A stretch of 63,980 bases of DNA, counting the filler, from Welwitschia mirabilis (lineage: Eukaryota), in NCBI GenBank assembly GCA_051453625.1. It is 8 parts of one record of this genome, joined end to end, with 100 filler letters (N's around TTAATTAATTAA, not from the genome) between each part and the next. Parts side by side here need not be neighbours in the genome. Positions count along the whole stretch, not along the records: positions 22,735 to 39,934 come from JBOZIK010000001.1; positions 40,035 to 52,796 come from JBOZIK010000001.1; 6 more parts are not named here. One strand, 5' to 3'. Positions 27,501-41,000 of this stretch are shown here, piece after piece (position 1 is the stretch's first letter; each line of letters opens with the position of its first letter). The notes beneath the pieces are model-generated. The model saw nothing but the letters and a program-made list of their open reading frames with translations, did not search any database and was not told the origin of the DNA. Both the position numbers and the translations under genes were made by a program.

Positions 27501-27874
27501 CCTATTAGGATCTAATGAATTTCTTTAGCCATAGTCTATAAAACTCAAATACAAGAACTAGAATGTGAAATCTATGTTATGTGTGAAAAATGCAAATGTT
27601 ATCCTACATGAAAACTAATGTGTATATACATGAAATATTTCATAAAAAAAAATAAATACAATAGGAAGCTATGTAAACTAGATAATGAAAATTTCAAAAT
27701 GATGAAATTATAGTGTAAAATGAAAATTATATGTGTTTTAGATTTTATTTTAGTAATAATAAGATCAAATATATAGGAAATTTATTAGTTTACTTTCTTT
27801 AACATCATTTAATCTCTTTAGTTTGTATGTTTCATTATCGAATTTTTATGAGATAATGAATGGTCCTAATCAAT

Positions 27875-30800
27875 TTTGTAAAAACTTTGAGGTATTTTTA
27901 GTTATGTTTACTTTTAATACTAGGTTACCTACATCAAAATACCTTGAATTTATGTTTTTATTATATGCATTATTAATCCACTTCTAGTAGAGCTAGCTTT
28001 GTTACAAGGCTTTTATCCACTTTTCATCTAAAGTTTCGAGTTTGCATAAGCCGCATTTTCTTTTTTGTATTAGATAATTCTAGATCTTTAACTAGAAGTT
28101 TTAGTATGAGAATATAAATTTGAGTAACCAAGACCACTTTAGTACCATAGAGTAATTGAAACAGGATCATTCCCATAGTAGTTTTCACTGTAGTATGGTA
28201 ACCCCCTAGTGCAAAAGGTAGTTTTTTATGTTATAACTTTGTATTCCTTTGCAATATCTTCTTGACATAGTTGATTATTAGTTTATTAGTTACATTAGCT
28301 TGTCCATTTACCTAAGGATAATATAGAGTTAAAAATAAGTGTTTTATCTTGAATATATTCAAGAAAGTCATTAATTTTAATATCCTAAACTATGGATCAA
28401 TATTAGTAATAATGAAATTGGGTGTATCAAATCTAGTGATGATGTGATCAAGAATGAAAATTTAGATGTCCTTTAACATTATTTACCACAATGTAACTAC
28501 TTCAATCCATTTGCAAAAATATTTTGTCATAGTAAGAATGAACACATGTCATCTTGATGACGTACGCATGATAGGACTAGTTAAATCCATGTCCTACTTT
28601 TTGAAAATTTAAATTAGATCAGAAGGAAAGCATTTAGTATGTAGTTGATGTATTTATGATGAAAAGATCTAATAGGTGTGATATGTTCTAATCATCTTGA
28701 ATTAGTCATTACTCATTATTATCCAGAAATAACTATATCTTATCACATGAATCAATTGTGATATTGCCCTTGATAGGGCTCATATAGCCTAACATGTATC
28801 TCTTTTAAAACATGAATGGATTTGCTTAACTTTAAGCATCTAAATAAGATACTTTCTTTGAAATTTTGTATTATTAATCTTGAATTAGGGCAAAGTTTAT
28901 TGTTTGCTCCCTAAAGTTTTACTTTTATAATGGTGAGAGATTTTCTAATAGCCTTTGATCGTAAGGTAATTTACTAAAGTGTCATTCCACTCATCATTTA
29001 CTTTAGGAATTTTTATCAATTGATGTACCTCATTTCATGACAGTAGTGAATAAGCTATCATTATGTGTTCATAAAAGAAATTTTGACTTATACTATGCAT
29101 GTGATAAAATCTTTAAGAGATGGATCTCTAAAATATATCTGCATAAAGTTTGCAAGATAGTTTATGGATTGATTTTCATTTCTAAGAATAAGAAAAATTT
29201 TACATGACTTAAATGATGTAAGAATCCTTCTTAATTTTTCAAGATATGCACCTAAGATTCTTGACTTAGCTTCACACTTACCTAAGACTTGATTGACAAC
29301 TAATTGTGAGTTGCCAAAAATGTGTAATTACTTAAAGCCTTCTTGAATAGATAGCACGATTTCTCTTATCAAATTTTCATATTTAGTAATTTTATTTGTA
29401 TGAAGAAAATTTAGCTTAAAAGACAATGGCAAGATGATTTCGTTATTGAGAAAGAGTACTACTCTTATAAATCCACCATTTAAGTTGGACATGTTGTCAA
29501 AGAACATTAATGCGTCCTAATTATTTTTCATTTTGATAACATGAATTTTTTCATTAGGGAATTGTTCAAAATCACTGAAGGTTTTACTTTTAATTTTAAC
29601 TAAGAGATCTACCATTTATTTACCTATGTACTTTTCCTTGACTAATTTTTACAATTGAAATTCCAACTCAAATTCAATGAGGATCGACACCCATTTGGTT
29701 AGTTGTGTACTACTAGTAGAGTATTCAAGTGGATGTATGAGTAGGTTCTAGTTATTAAATATAATTATTTTATTCATCATCATGTAATAACAAAAATTTT
29801 ATAAAGCAATAATAAACTCAAGTAGGTCTTTTCCATATTAATGTAGTTTCTCTCGTACTAGTGCATTGTCTTACTGACGTAGTAGATTGAATGATCTCAA
29901 TGATATTCATATCTTTGAAAATTATCATTCTAACTATTAACGAGGTATATATAAGATAAAGGTAAAATGATTAATCTAGCCTAGGTAGACTCAAAATAGG
30001 AGTTATAGACATTAAATACTCTTTGATCCTATTGAAAGCCTTAGGGTAGTCCTCATTCCATTTGAACTTATTATCTTTCTTAAGCAAGTGCATGAATGAA
30101 TTACATCGATTTGTCAAGGTTGAGATAAATCAATGTATTACATGTAGCATACCTTTTAGACTTTTCAGTTCTTTTAGATTCCACAGGAATGGCATATTAG
30201 TGACCATAATGATCTTGTCCAGACTAATTTCTATGCCTTTTTTTGATACGATAGAGCCTAGAAGTTTTCCTAGTGGCATATCAAACATGAATTTCTTTGG
30301 ATTTAAACATAGATTATATTACCTTACTTGCATGAAGAGTTTATTTAAGTTATTAGGATGATTAATGATCGTCTTTGACTTAACTACAACATCATCCATA
30401 TAGTCTTTCATGTCTTGATGGATTATGTTATAAAAGATGTATGTTATTGCATGATAGTATGATGCACCATAATTATTTAATTTGAAAGACATCATAACAT
30501 AACAAAAGACATCTTATGGTGTTATTAAAGTTGTTTTTTTATTGATTTATAAGATTGATAAATATCTAATTATAGTTTTTAATAACTATTCATGAATGAA
30601 AAGAGGTCATAACCAGTGATGTTATCTATTAGGATGTTAATGTTTGGTAAAGAATAGTCATCATTTAAGATAATATTATTTAGGTTATGGTAATTGATCT
30701 AAATTCTAACCTACCTATTCTTATTTAGAACGACCATCATGTTCAACAACTAATCTGAATAGTGTATTAGTTAGATGAAACCTATTGTCAAAAGATGTTC

Positions 30801-33770
30801 TAAATCTTGTTTTATCAATAATGTAAGACCAAAGTTAAACGTTCTAATCTTTGATCTTATAGGAATCAAGTTTGGCATTATGATGATGTTATGAATATCT
30901 ATCGATTTTTTGATACTCGAGATATCTTTATCATGTCAAGTAAAGATATCCCTATTGAACAAAAATACATTTTAAACTTAGATTTAATCTATTTTGTGAT
31001 AGTTGTTCATTTATCTTAAGGGATTTATGTTGATTAGTGAAGTCCACTAAGAAGCTATATGTTGTGACATCCCATTACTTTTCCTGAGATGATTTTATAT
31101 TTTCTAATTTCATCATTTCATTTACTTCGGTTTTTCACTTATTTGCTCTTGATTTATGAAGATATAAGATTTTCCTGGGGAATTGGTATAATTAAAATTG
31201 ATAAGGTTGAGACTGATATACCTGTCAATAATATGATTATCAAGAGTGAAATGCAAGGACACACTCAACCAAATTCTTATTATGGTGTCCTACAAGTTAA
31301 GGAATTGATATAAAAACAACAACGATTATTGAACCAAAAGAAAAATATCAAAAAAAAAAAAATGCCAAGCTACTTTAACTAAAAGACATGAAAAGTAAAA
31401 GCACGAGCCATTCAGAAGAGACTTTTCTCTTTATTCTTTTTTCTTTTTTGCAAAAAATATTTTTGAAAAGTTTTAAAATATTATACTTTGAGAGTATTCA
31501 TGAGCAGTGTAAGAGGCCAAGGCTTTTGCTTAGCCACTAAAACTCTACTTGGTTGCATAAACTTAATTTGCATAAGGTACATTAACCATTAAGAAGCTTA
31601 TCCTTTTGAATTTTAACAAGGTAAGTAAGCTAGCACATAATTTTTTTGGTTGTTTATTTATTTCTTTTTTTGTTTTATTTTGTTTTTTGTCTCATTTTTT
31701 TCTCATTTTGCTTTATTTTATGTCTTTATTTTTTTGTATTGTGTTATAAATAAGTTTTTTTTCCCTTTTTGATTTTTTTTGGGAATTTTGAATCATGAGC
31801 TAGTTGGAAAGTTATCTGGGAGGAATGGAATCCACCCCACATCTAGGATCTAAGTATCAGAAATGGATGAGACCTTGATCTTATGAAGGTTCATTGGATC
31901 ATGTTCAAAACACAAGAAAGGGATAGTCATCTTCTTAGATGTAGGAGGTGGCAGTGGAAGATGATATGGATAGAGCTTTCACATTTACCATGGTGTGATT
32001 TTATTCTAATGGCACTAAACTTTTAAACCTGATAAATTTGAGCTCTTGATGGAATAGAGATATGATTATCCTCATGTCCATTATTCAGGGATGTTCCAAT
32101 AATAAATTAAATGCTACTACATTATCCATTACATGGAATTCGATGTTATTAAGCTNNNNNNNNNNNNNNNNNNNNNNNNNNNNNNNNNNNNNNNNNNNNN
32201 NNNNNNNNNNNNNNNNNNNNNNNNNNNNNNNNNNNNNNNNNNNNNNNNNNNNNNNTTCCAATAATAAATTAAATGCTACTACATTATCCATTACATGGAA
32301 TTCGATGTTCTTAACCTTCTGAGCCATTTTAATAGGTAAAGTAACTATCCTCTCAATTTGTCTTCACAGTTATTGAACCCTCTAATCATCATACCTTTAT
32401 TTACATTTAAGATATGGTCCATTTTGAGTTTCTTGAGGTGTGATTAACCTATCACATTTAATTTAGCTTTGCAATCAATAAAGGTTTTACTCACTTTGAT
32501 AGGTCTAATATTTACAAATATATAAGATGGTTTAGTTACATTTTTCCTCTTAAGGGCCATAGAAATCTCATGATGTGAAAACTAGATTGCTTCCTTGTCT
32601 TCTTTGCTCTTTTGAACATGCACCTACTTTGAGGTGGCTTCCTTCTTAGGTGGTTGGATTTGATTAAGATGCAAATTTAGTTTCAATAATTTCTTACATA
32701 TCCTTTTGAATGTAAGTCTATGAGTCTCAAGCTCTTGATTAATTAGGTTAAATAATGATACACTTCCTCTACTTTAGAGGTGAGTGGCTATGTTGATGCA
32801 TGTGATCAAGGGATAGGATAAGACTGAGAGTCTTCTACTTAAATCATTGTTATTAATTTTTTTGTTATCCTAAATAAGTTATTCTAGTGACTTATCAAGT
32901 TAATCTTGAATTAAGAGAATTGTAAAAAAATCATTATCATTTTAAAATGCTATAGTAGTTATAATGTAGAAGTCTAGGTAGGGAATGGGCCCTTTTAAAT
33001 ATTTAGTTTTTTATTTGAAATAGCTAAGATAATGTCTAATTTTATGTTTTTTTTTATGTTTGATGAGGTTTTAGATAATATGCCTTAGGTTAAAATAGTT
33101 TTTAGTGTGATGTCCTCTGAATATGTGATATCCATAGTACTTTAACTTATCATATCCCCTTGGTTTGGACGCGTTGGAATATCTTTGTTGAATTGAAGGT
33201 AATTAACTTACTCCTTTTTCTAGTCGCATTAAGGATTTGTCCAATTAGGATATTTAATTTTATAAAGTTCCTTCTATGTTGAGAAATTGAAGTTTAAATT
33301 TGAGGCCTATTTTAGCCTTATGCTTGTTGTTAAGGTTGTTTTAGTAGTGGAGGTTGCACTTGTCATGATGAAGGATAATATGGTTAATGATAAATTGATT
33401 GAGAAGGGAAAGTTTATGAAGAAAAATAAACTTAAGATGCCACTAATGTCCTCACTAAGTTATCCATCAGTTGGAATGGGTAAGTTGGTTGAATTAGTTG
33501 ATTGATGACAATAATATTCTTTGGATTATTACCTCTAGTATTATTGTTATCCTTTTTAGACGATTCATTTTAGGACAAATTGCCATATTTTATAGCTTCT
33601 TTTTCTTCTCCTACAACTTCTACTCTCTTAGTTAAGGAAATTACTTATTTAGAATTTTTAAAAGATAACATTCTCAAATGATCTAACAAATACGACATGC
33701 ATGACTTAGTAAAAAGGTATGCCATGTCTAAGTCTACAATGAAAGTCTCCAACTATAGTGCAATGACTCT
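27875..33770 (-). mobile_element. Decayed Tat/Ogre-lineage Ty3/gypsy gag-pol
   Basis: Minus-strand motifs in order: protease (FID..AKLNV ~32480; AFNLLLEHP(W)I ~32100), RT (FCYVMMSFKLNNYGASY ~30500; YMDDVVVKS ~30400), extra RNase H (IFGNSQLVVNQV ~29310), integrase (YHTTVKTTMG..FQLLYG ~28180; AYNKNINSRYFDVGNLVLK ~27950). A second RNase H before integrase is diagnostic of Tat/Ogre. Confidence 0.85.
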
Positions 33771-34775
33771 TCATCGACCCAAATTTTTTTGTATAGTTTT
33801 TTTGAACTATTGTCACATGATGGTTAGAGTATATAAGGTCATTATTTTTGAGATGTTAATTGAATAGTATTAGATGAACATTTCTAAAGGTTATTTCAAA
33901 TCTGTGACAGAGTGAGTAGCTATGCGATGATACCAGTTAAGAGTTTGTCTCTTTATAGAGTAATAAAATAGATGACATGTAGTATTACAGGTACCATCAA
34001 ACATATGACATATGTATTTTAAGCTTCTAACATGCATGATGAGGCCTTTTATACCAATCAACTTTTCAAAATTTGGCATTTTGTTTGGTGTGATGATTTT
34101 ACTAAGGACAGAAGGATGTATCAGGGTATCATCAAAGTCAGATTTTAAATAGTTTTTCTTGTTCTAGAGATCTTATTTTAGATCACTAATAAGTACTTAG
34201 GTAGTTATTATATTAAGTTAATTGGGAGCTCTATTTTTATCTTACCTCTCTCTAGGTGGTTCTTCTCCATCCTTGGAGTATTCAGATAAGCTATGTTATC
34301 AGCTCATTTCTTTGAACCTTACGCTTGTGGTTCTATCTAGGCTTATAGATTTTCTTCCTGATTTAATTTATTAATGAACTCTTCATCATTGATTCTTTCA
34401 TAAAGGAGTTCATTCTCACAAGTCTGAAATTTCTCTTAACTAGTCAAACCTAATCTTTTAGATTCCATAACATCGATTCACTTACTAGTTTGGACATGGT
34501 ATGAGTTTCAATAGGTCTAGTAGTTCATAATAGTATGAAGTTCATTGGTGGTAAGGGTAGAGAAGTTTCATTGAATTTAGAATTTGTACATATCCTCAGA
34601 AATGTATGACTTTTTGCCTTTTATTAACACTGGCATTATGACTATTGTAAGTTTACAACAAGATAATAGGAAGTGTGAATGGGAAAGGTCAAATGAATGA
34701 TTGAAAAAGTTATAAGAGGGGCTGTCCTTTTAGCATCAATTTGTTTACATGATTTTTCTTTTTTCCCTTGGGTAA

Positions 34776-35651
34776 ATAATGGATAGTTTAACTATCACTC
34801 GATGATAGATGATTTAGTTAGGGTTTACAATGTTTTAATAGTGGGATTTGACTGCATTTTACTAAATTTGAATAACTTCAATTATTTGATAGATATTTAA
34901 TAAATTTAACTATTTTTAACTAATTGTGATTGAGTTTTTGATGATTTTACTAAGTTTAACTAAAGTTAACTGACTTTGAACCTAGTCTTAGATGATCTGA
35001 CTGAGTTTGATTATGTTTGAATGTTGTTTTTAACTGGGTTTAACACCTATTCCTCGACTTTTTAATACACTTTGATGTTTTTTAACAAATTTTGACTATT
35101 TTTGACAATTTTATTGAGTTTAACTAAATTTGCCTATTTTGATTAAAATTTTATATCACTTTGAAGATTTTAGCTTAATTAAGTTTTACTGAGTTTGACA
35201 TCTAAAATTGTTATGATTTTTTTAAATAATCATTTAAATATTAATATTACTAATATGAAATTAAACCCTAATTTAATTATATTTTAAATAGTCAAAATTG
35301 TAAATTGTAAAGATAAGTAAAATTTGGAAAGGAATTAATAATTAATAATATGTTAATTTTTTTAAACAAAAATCAAACTAAATGTCTTTTATCAAAATTA
35401 AACAAATAAAAGAAGTTTTTTTAAAGCTTTTTAAATAATTCTAGCTTCTTGCATTGATAATTGGTATTTTACTTATGTTTCAAAGAAAGATCATAAATAA
35501 AAGAATAAACTTTGCAGTTCATAAAAATTATTTTCACATAAAACATTATGCATTAATACACTTTTACTTAGATTTAATTAGGAAGAAAACACACAAATGC
35601 CATTCCTATAAAAGTATATACTTGCATTTCAGAGTACGAGGTTTTAAAAAG
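34776..35651. repeat. ~880-bp dispersed repeat, copy 2
   Basis: Homologous to 23638-24510. Its end abuts a truncated copia RT. Confidence 0.85.
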
Positions 35652-35699
35652 TATATACCTTTATTTGATTAGGAATAAAACATACAAATACCATTGCTT

Positions 35700-36862
35700 A
35701 ACACAAATGGAAGGGGTGGTAAATGGATGTGAAGTTCGCATTTTGCATGGTTAGCTGAGAGAAGAAGTTTATGTTCAATAACCACCAGGATTATTCATCT
35801 CTCAAAAGCAGTACTTCCAGAAAAGTGGATTTGAAAGATGTCACACTGATAATACATTTTACAGGTTTGAAAAGGGTTCTAAAATTCTATTTGTTGTCTT
35901 TTATGTTAATGATCTTATTTTTTGTGGAAATTATCCTTAACTAGTTGATAGATTCAAATGTATTATGAAATCAAAATTTGACATGATAGACATGAATCTC
36001 TTAATTCATTTCTTGGGACTTGAAATTCATCAACATGATGGACCCATAAAGATTTCTCAAAAGAACTATGCCTTAAATCTTCTAAATCATTTTGGGTTTC
36101 AAAGCTATAAACCATTTTCATATCCTATGTTATCTAGAGAAAAACATAGTAAAAATAGCAGTGATGTATTAGTTGATGCTATAAATTATAGAGGAGCAAT
36201 TGAATCTTTAATATACCTTACAACTACAAAATCAGATATACAATATGTAGCTAGATTCATGAGTACACCAAATGAAAGACATTAAAAATTGGTAAAAAGA
36301 ACCTTATATTACATTACAAGAATCATAAACTATTCATTGTTTTATGGGAATTATGAAAAACTTTCACTTAAGATCTATTATGATGCAGATTGCGACAACT
36401 TCCCTAACACTTTAAAAAGCACAAGTAGAAATTTGTTTATATTCGACAAAGTCTAATTCATTGGAATTCTCAAAAGCATGATGTGGTTACTTAGTTAATA
36501 GAAGAGGAAAAATATGTATTTATTAGAAGAAGAGTGTAAGAAAGTATGCAGTTACAAAAATTATGTGTAGACCTTTGATTTCTTATTAAAGAACTAGTAT
36601 AGATCTTGTGTAACAATCATATTAAAGTTGCTATTGGACATAATCCAGTGCTTTGCCAATGAACCAAGCACTTTGATCTTAGATATAACTTCATTCATGA
36701 AGCTGTCAGAAGGGAATTATTGTGGTTAAGATATATTCCTACACATGAGAACTTGCTGATTTCCTCATAAAGCCATTATCTTAATCATTCTTGAAGAAGA
36801 CACTCAAGGAGCTACATATTGTAATAGTTCAAAATCAAGGTATTTAACTGTTTCAAAGGGAA
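35700..36862 (+). mobile_element. Truncated Ty1/copia RT-RNase H relic
   Basis: MDVK..FLHG.LREEVYVQ.PPG, LYVNDLIF, FLGLEIHQ, YRGAIESLIYLTTTKSDI, YYDAD, CNN..., (R)TKHFDLRYNFI. A purine tract at ~36855 may precede a 3' LTR. Confidence 0.9.
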
Positions 36863-37129
36863 TTATGAATACATGAAACTAGTAATGTTTCATTTTATAT
36901 TCTTATTCAACAAAATAGGCTAATATTATGCAATTCTATTTGTATTACATTTTATTTTCAAATTTTGTTATGTAATTATGCTCATCTGCTATGAATAGGG
37001 TTGGTCATTTATAATTCCCTACTTTATAGGAATACATCCCTATCCCCTATTTTCTGGAATTACATTCCTACATTTGATGTACAAATATAACCACTTGAAA
37101 TGTTTTCAGTATGACTGCATAGTAATGAT

Positions 37130-40100
37130 ATGGATAATATAATTATTGCACCCATCACTATTTGATTTAGAAAATATATCAACATGTCTTTATGGTCTTT
37201 TATTTTTGGAAAACAAGCCTAGTAAAGGATCCAATCATGTCCTAGTAGTATAGCAAAAGCTCTCCTAAGGCTGTAATGATTCCTTAGTATTACATGTATT
37301 AAGTCCATCCTTATTAATCACATAAGGAATTGGTTTCCAGCTTGATTCAAAATTTTAATCTTCATGAAAAATTTTCTTCTCTTAGAATGTTTTGTCAAGG
37401 GAGAATGAATTGAGTAATAGGTAGCTCTTTATTTTGTTAAAAATCCTTTTAAGGCGATTGCTTTTTATGTCTTTCTTTACAACTTTAATTGACACAATAT
37501 GGGAATCAAAGTATATATCTAAAAGTGACAATAACAAAGGCATCTTATCATTTATTTAAAAAAAGCCATCCTTTCAACATACATAATTGAAGCATCTATG
37601 CTACACTGATATGAAATCTACTCACTTTAAGTACTCCTTGGAAACATCTTGTATTTGAAAGAGACAAAGAATCATGGCTTATATCTAAAGGTCATAGTTT
37701 ATGAAAATTAGAGGTAAAGAGTCTTGACTTATATCCGAAGGTCGTAAATTATGAAAATTATGGAGAGAAAAAATCTTTAACACTCCTCCTCAATTTGGTG
37801 CATAGATATCACACATGCCCAAATTCTCAAGGCTTTTTGAAAGCATTCGATTTGAGATTACCTTAGTAATAACATTATCTAATTAATCCTCAAATTGAAT
37901 TTTAGGTAGTTTCATAATCTTCTCATCTAACTTCTTCTTAATGAAAAATCTTTTTACTTCAACATGCTTTTTTCTATCATGTTGCATTGGATTATCGGTG
38001 ATGTTACATGTAGATTTATTATCACAATACATATGAATTAGATGCCTAGTTGGATAATCCAAATCTTGCAAAAGTAATATCAACCATAAGGCTTTAGAAA
38101 GTCCAAGTAACATACCTCTAAATTCAACTTCTACACTTGAGTAAGCAATAAAATTTTGTTTCCTGCTTCTCCATGTAACAAGATTATCACCTAAAAATGT
38201 GAAATAACCAAAAGTTAATCATCTATTATCAATTGATCTAGCCATATTGGCATCAGTATATGCATTTATGCTTTAAAAATTTATATTTTTAATGAACAGC
38301 ATTCCCTTTCTAGGAGTAGACTTCAAATACCTAAAAATATGCATGACTACATTCATATGTTGTTCTCTTAGATTATGCATAAATTGGCTAACAATACTTA
38401 ATGCATAGGTAAAATCTAGTCTAGTGTGAGCTAAGTACATCAACCTCCCTACTAGCCTTTGGTATCTCCCTTTATCAACTAGTATTTGGTCTAACTCAAT
38501 ACATAACTTTAAGTCTTCCTCCACGGGTGTATCAGCTGGTTGACATGTTGACATTCCAGCCTTTTTCAATAAGTCTAATGCATATTTCCTTTGAAACAAA
38601 GATATTCCTTTCTTAGATCTTGATACTTCAATCCTAAGAAAATATTTCAAGGAACTAAGATCTTTCATTTCAAACTCTTTGAACAAATACTCTTATAAAG
38701 CCTTGCTTTCTTCTAGATCATTCCTTATAACCATCATGTCATCCATGTATGTAATGAGTGTAGTGATATTACCCTTCCTGATATTTTTTGAAAAATAAAG
38801 TATGGCCTAAATTGCTTTGATGATATACAAATTCTATCATAGACTTTGTAAACCTTCTAAATCATGCTCATGGAGACTGTTTTAGCTCCTACAATGATTC
38901 CTTAAATTTGTACACCTTTTGACTATGCCTTTCTAGGGTCATGAGCTCCATATAAACTTCCTCAGATAATTATCCATGCAAAAAGACATTTTTTACATCA
39001 AATTGTTGTAATAGCTAATCTAAGTTTGCTACCAAGGATAGCAATACTTGGACAATGTTGATTTTACCAATAGGTGTAAATGTCTCTGTGTAATTAATCC
39101 CATAGGATTGGGCATATCCTTTTGCCATAAGTTTTACTTTAAATAATTTAGTCCTTCCATCTGCTTTATACTTTACATTATAAATCCATCAATATCCTAT
39201 TGGCTTCTTTTTTTATGGGCAATTAAAAAGGTCTTACCTTGAATTAGTTAAGGCTTCTTACACACTGTTAGGAATAGCTATAGTAGATAATTTATTAACA
39301 AATGAATGATTTGATTTTGACAACTTGTGATTAGACATAAAATAAATCATGGGATATTTAACTTTACTAGAGAGTTCAAGTTTATATGTGGGTTTAGGAA
39401 TACCTCTAGTGAGACATTCTAGTAGTTTTTTTCTCGAAGGCTCAGGTATTAGATCAAGAACATCCTCAGTAAATGATTGGTATGGTATATCAGTGAGGAG
39501 ATTAGATTTTTTGATTGATGAATTTTCTTATTCAATCACTTCTTTAGCTTCTAAAGGATCATTAACATTATAATTAAAAGATACACCACTTATATCTGAA
39601 TTATTGCCATCACTTTTCTTAACAATTTGATAATCTAAAGTTTGAGTCTTCTTTTGGTACTCCCCCTGAAATTCAAACTTAAAGAAAAAATACATTGAGT
39701 CTTCAAGAAAAACTACATTCAATTTTATAAACATTCATTGTTTTAGAGGATGATAACATTTGTAGCTCTTTTGATGCATGGCATATCCCAGGAAAATAAA
39801 TCTTAGAGCTCATGGATCCAACTTGTTATTCTAATGCTTATAAAGATGTAAAAATACTATACAACTAAAGACATGAGGTAAATTAGGAAAAGTTAAAGCA
39901 ACCATAACATCACGGAGGGCTTGGAATGGTGTTTNNNNNNNNNNNNNNNNNNNNNNNNNNNNNNNNNNNNNNNNNNNNTTAATTAATTAANNNNNNNNNN
40001 NNNNNNNNNNNNNNNNNNNNNNNNNNNNNNNNNNGTACAATCATTAATAAATATCACAAAAATCAACGTGATCCACAAATTGGATTTAGTTTTTTTCCAC

Positions 40101-41000
40101 TCTTTTATTTTTGTTTTTTTAAATAACATTTCTAATTCATGGATTTTGTGCTAGTAATGGCTTTGATACCAAATTGAAATGTCTGTGCTACACTAATATG
40201 AAATCTATTCTCTTCAAGTGCTCCTTGGAAATGTCTTATATTTGAAAGAGACAAAGAGTTATGACTTATATCTGGTCATGCCTTATGGAAATTAGAGGCA
40301 AGGAGTCATGACTTATATTCAAAGATCATGAGTTATGGAAATTATGAAGAGAAAAAGTCTTCAACATACATAGCCTTTGTTGTGCCATTCAATAATAATA
40401 CTCTGTTCATTGAGATTTTTCAATTGTTAATCACATTGAATAGGTTTAGCAAATTAGGGAATGTGCCAACTACCCAGTCTTATGGCATTTTATTTATTAG
40501 CTACACTATTAGCATTATCAACTGATCCTGTCCTACTCTCAATGTACAATAGGGTGCTTCCTACACTCTGTTAGTAGTATTTCTTGACTGGTCCTTGATA
40601 TACCCATAGATAGCTGACTCTTCGATATCTAAGACTCCATTAGGTAGCATGTTCCTTCTCTGCTATCTACAAATTAGGTCTTTTGCTATCAAAAACAAGT
40701 TTAGAACTGCACATGTCCTCTCTTGAAATCTCACCTCCCTTGTATACCATAACAAAATGTCTCAGTTCCTATAGTGCCACTCATTTTATAGTGAATTTGG
40801 ACACTAATAGTACCTTGGCTAACAACCATGATTATCTCGTGTTTCAAGCTATGTAAAAATTGGTCGATATTCAACTTGATGAAAAACTCTAGGCATGATT
40901 TATTTATAGATGATAATGATGCATTTTTTAATATTATAATCATACTTCATACATAACCCATGTAGCCAACTCTTCACATTCCCTTCAGCTACTCTCTGAT
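37130..41000 (-). mobile_element. Possible LINE 3' relic (zf-RVT/RNase H-like) split by the copia insertion
   Basis: Minus strand WKPIP..INKDG near 37340 and RRNML near 40650; heavily decayed. Confidence 0.35.
37588..40366 (-). mobile_element. Ty1/copia element (Ale-like, ~192-bp LTRs); gag, protease and most of integrase are hidden in the gap at 39935-40034
   Basis: LTRs 37588-37782 and 40175-40366. PBS reverse complement GCTTTGATACCA at 40160-40171. PPT reverse complement CTCCTCCTCAA at 37783-37793. RT and RNase H ORF fragments (EFEMKDL..LKYFL.IEV; YCDNKS...NPMQHDRKKHVE). TACAT occurs on both flanks. Confidence 0.92.
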
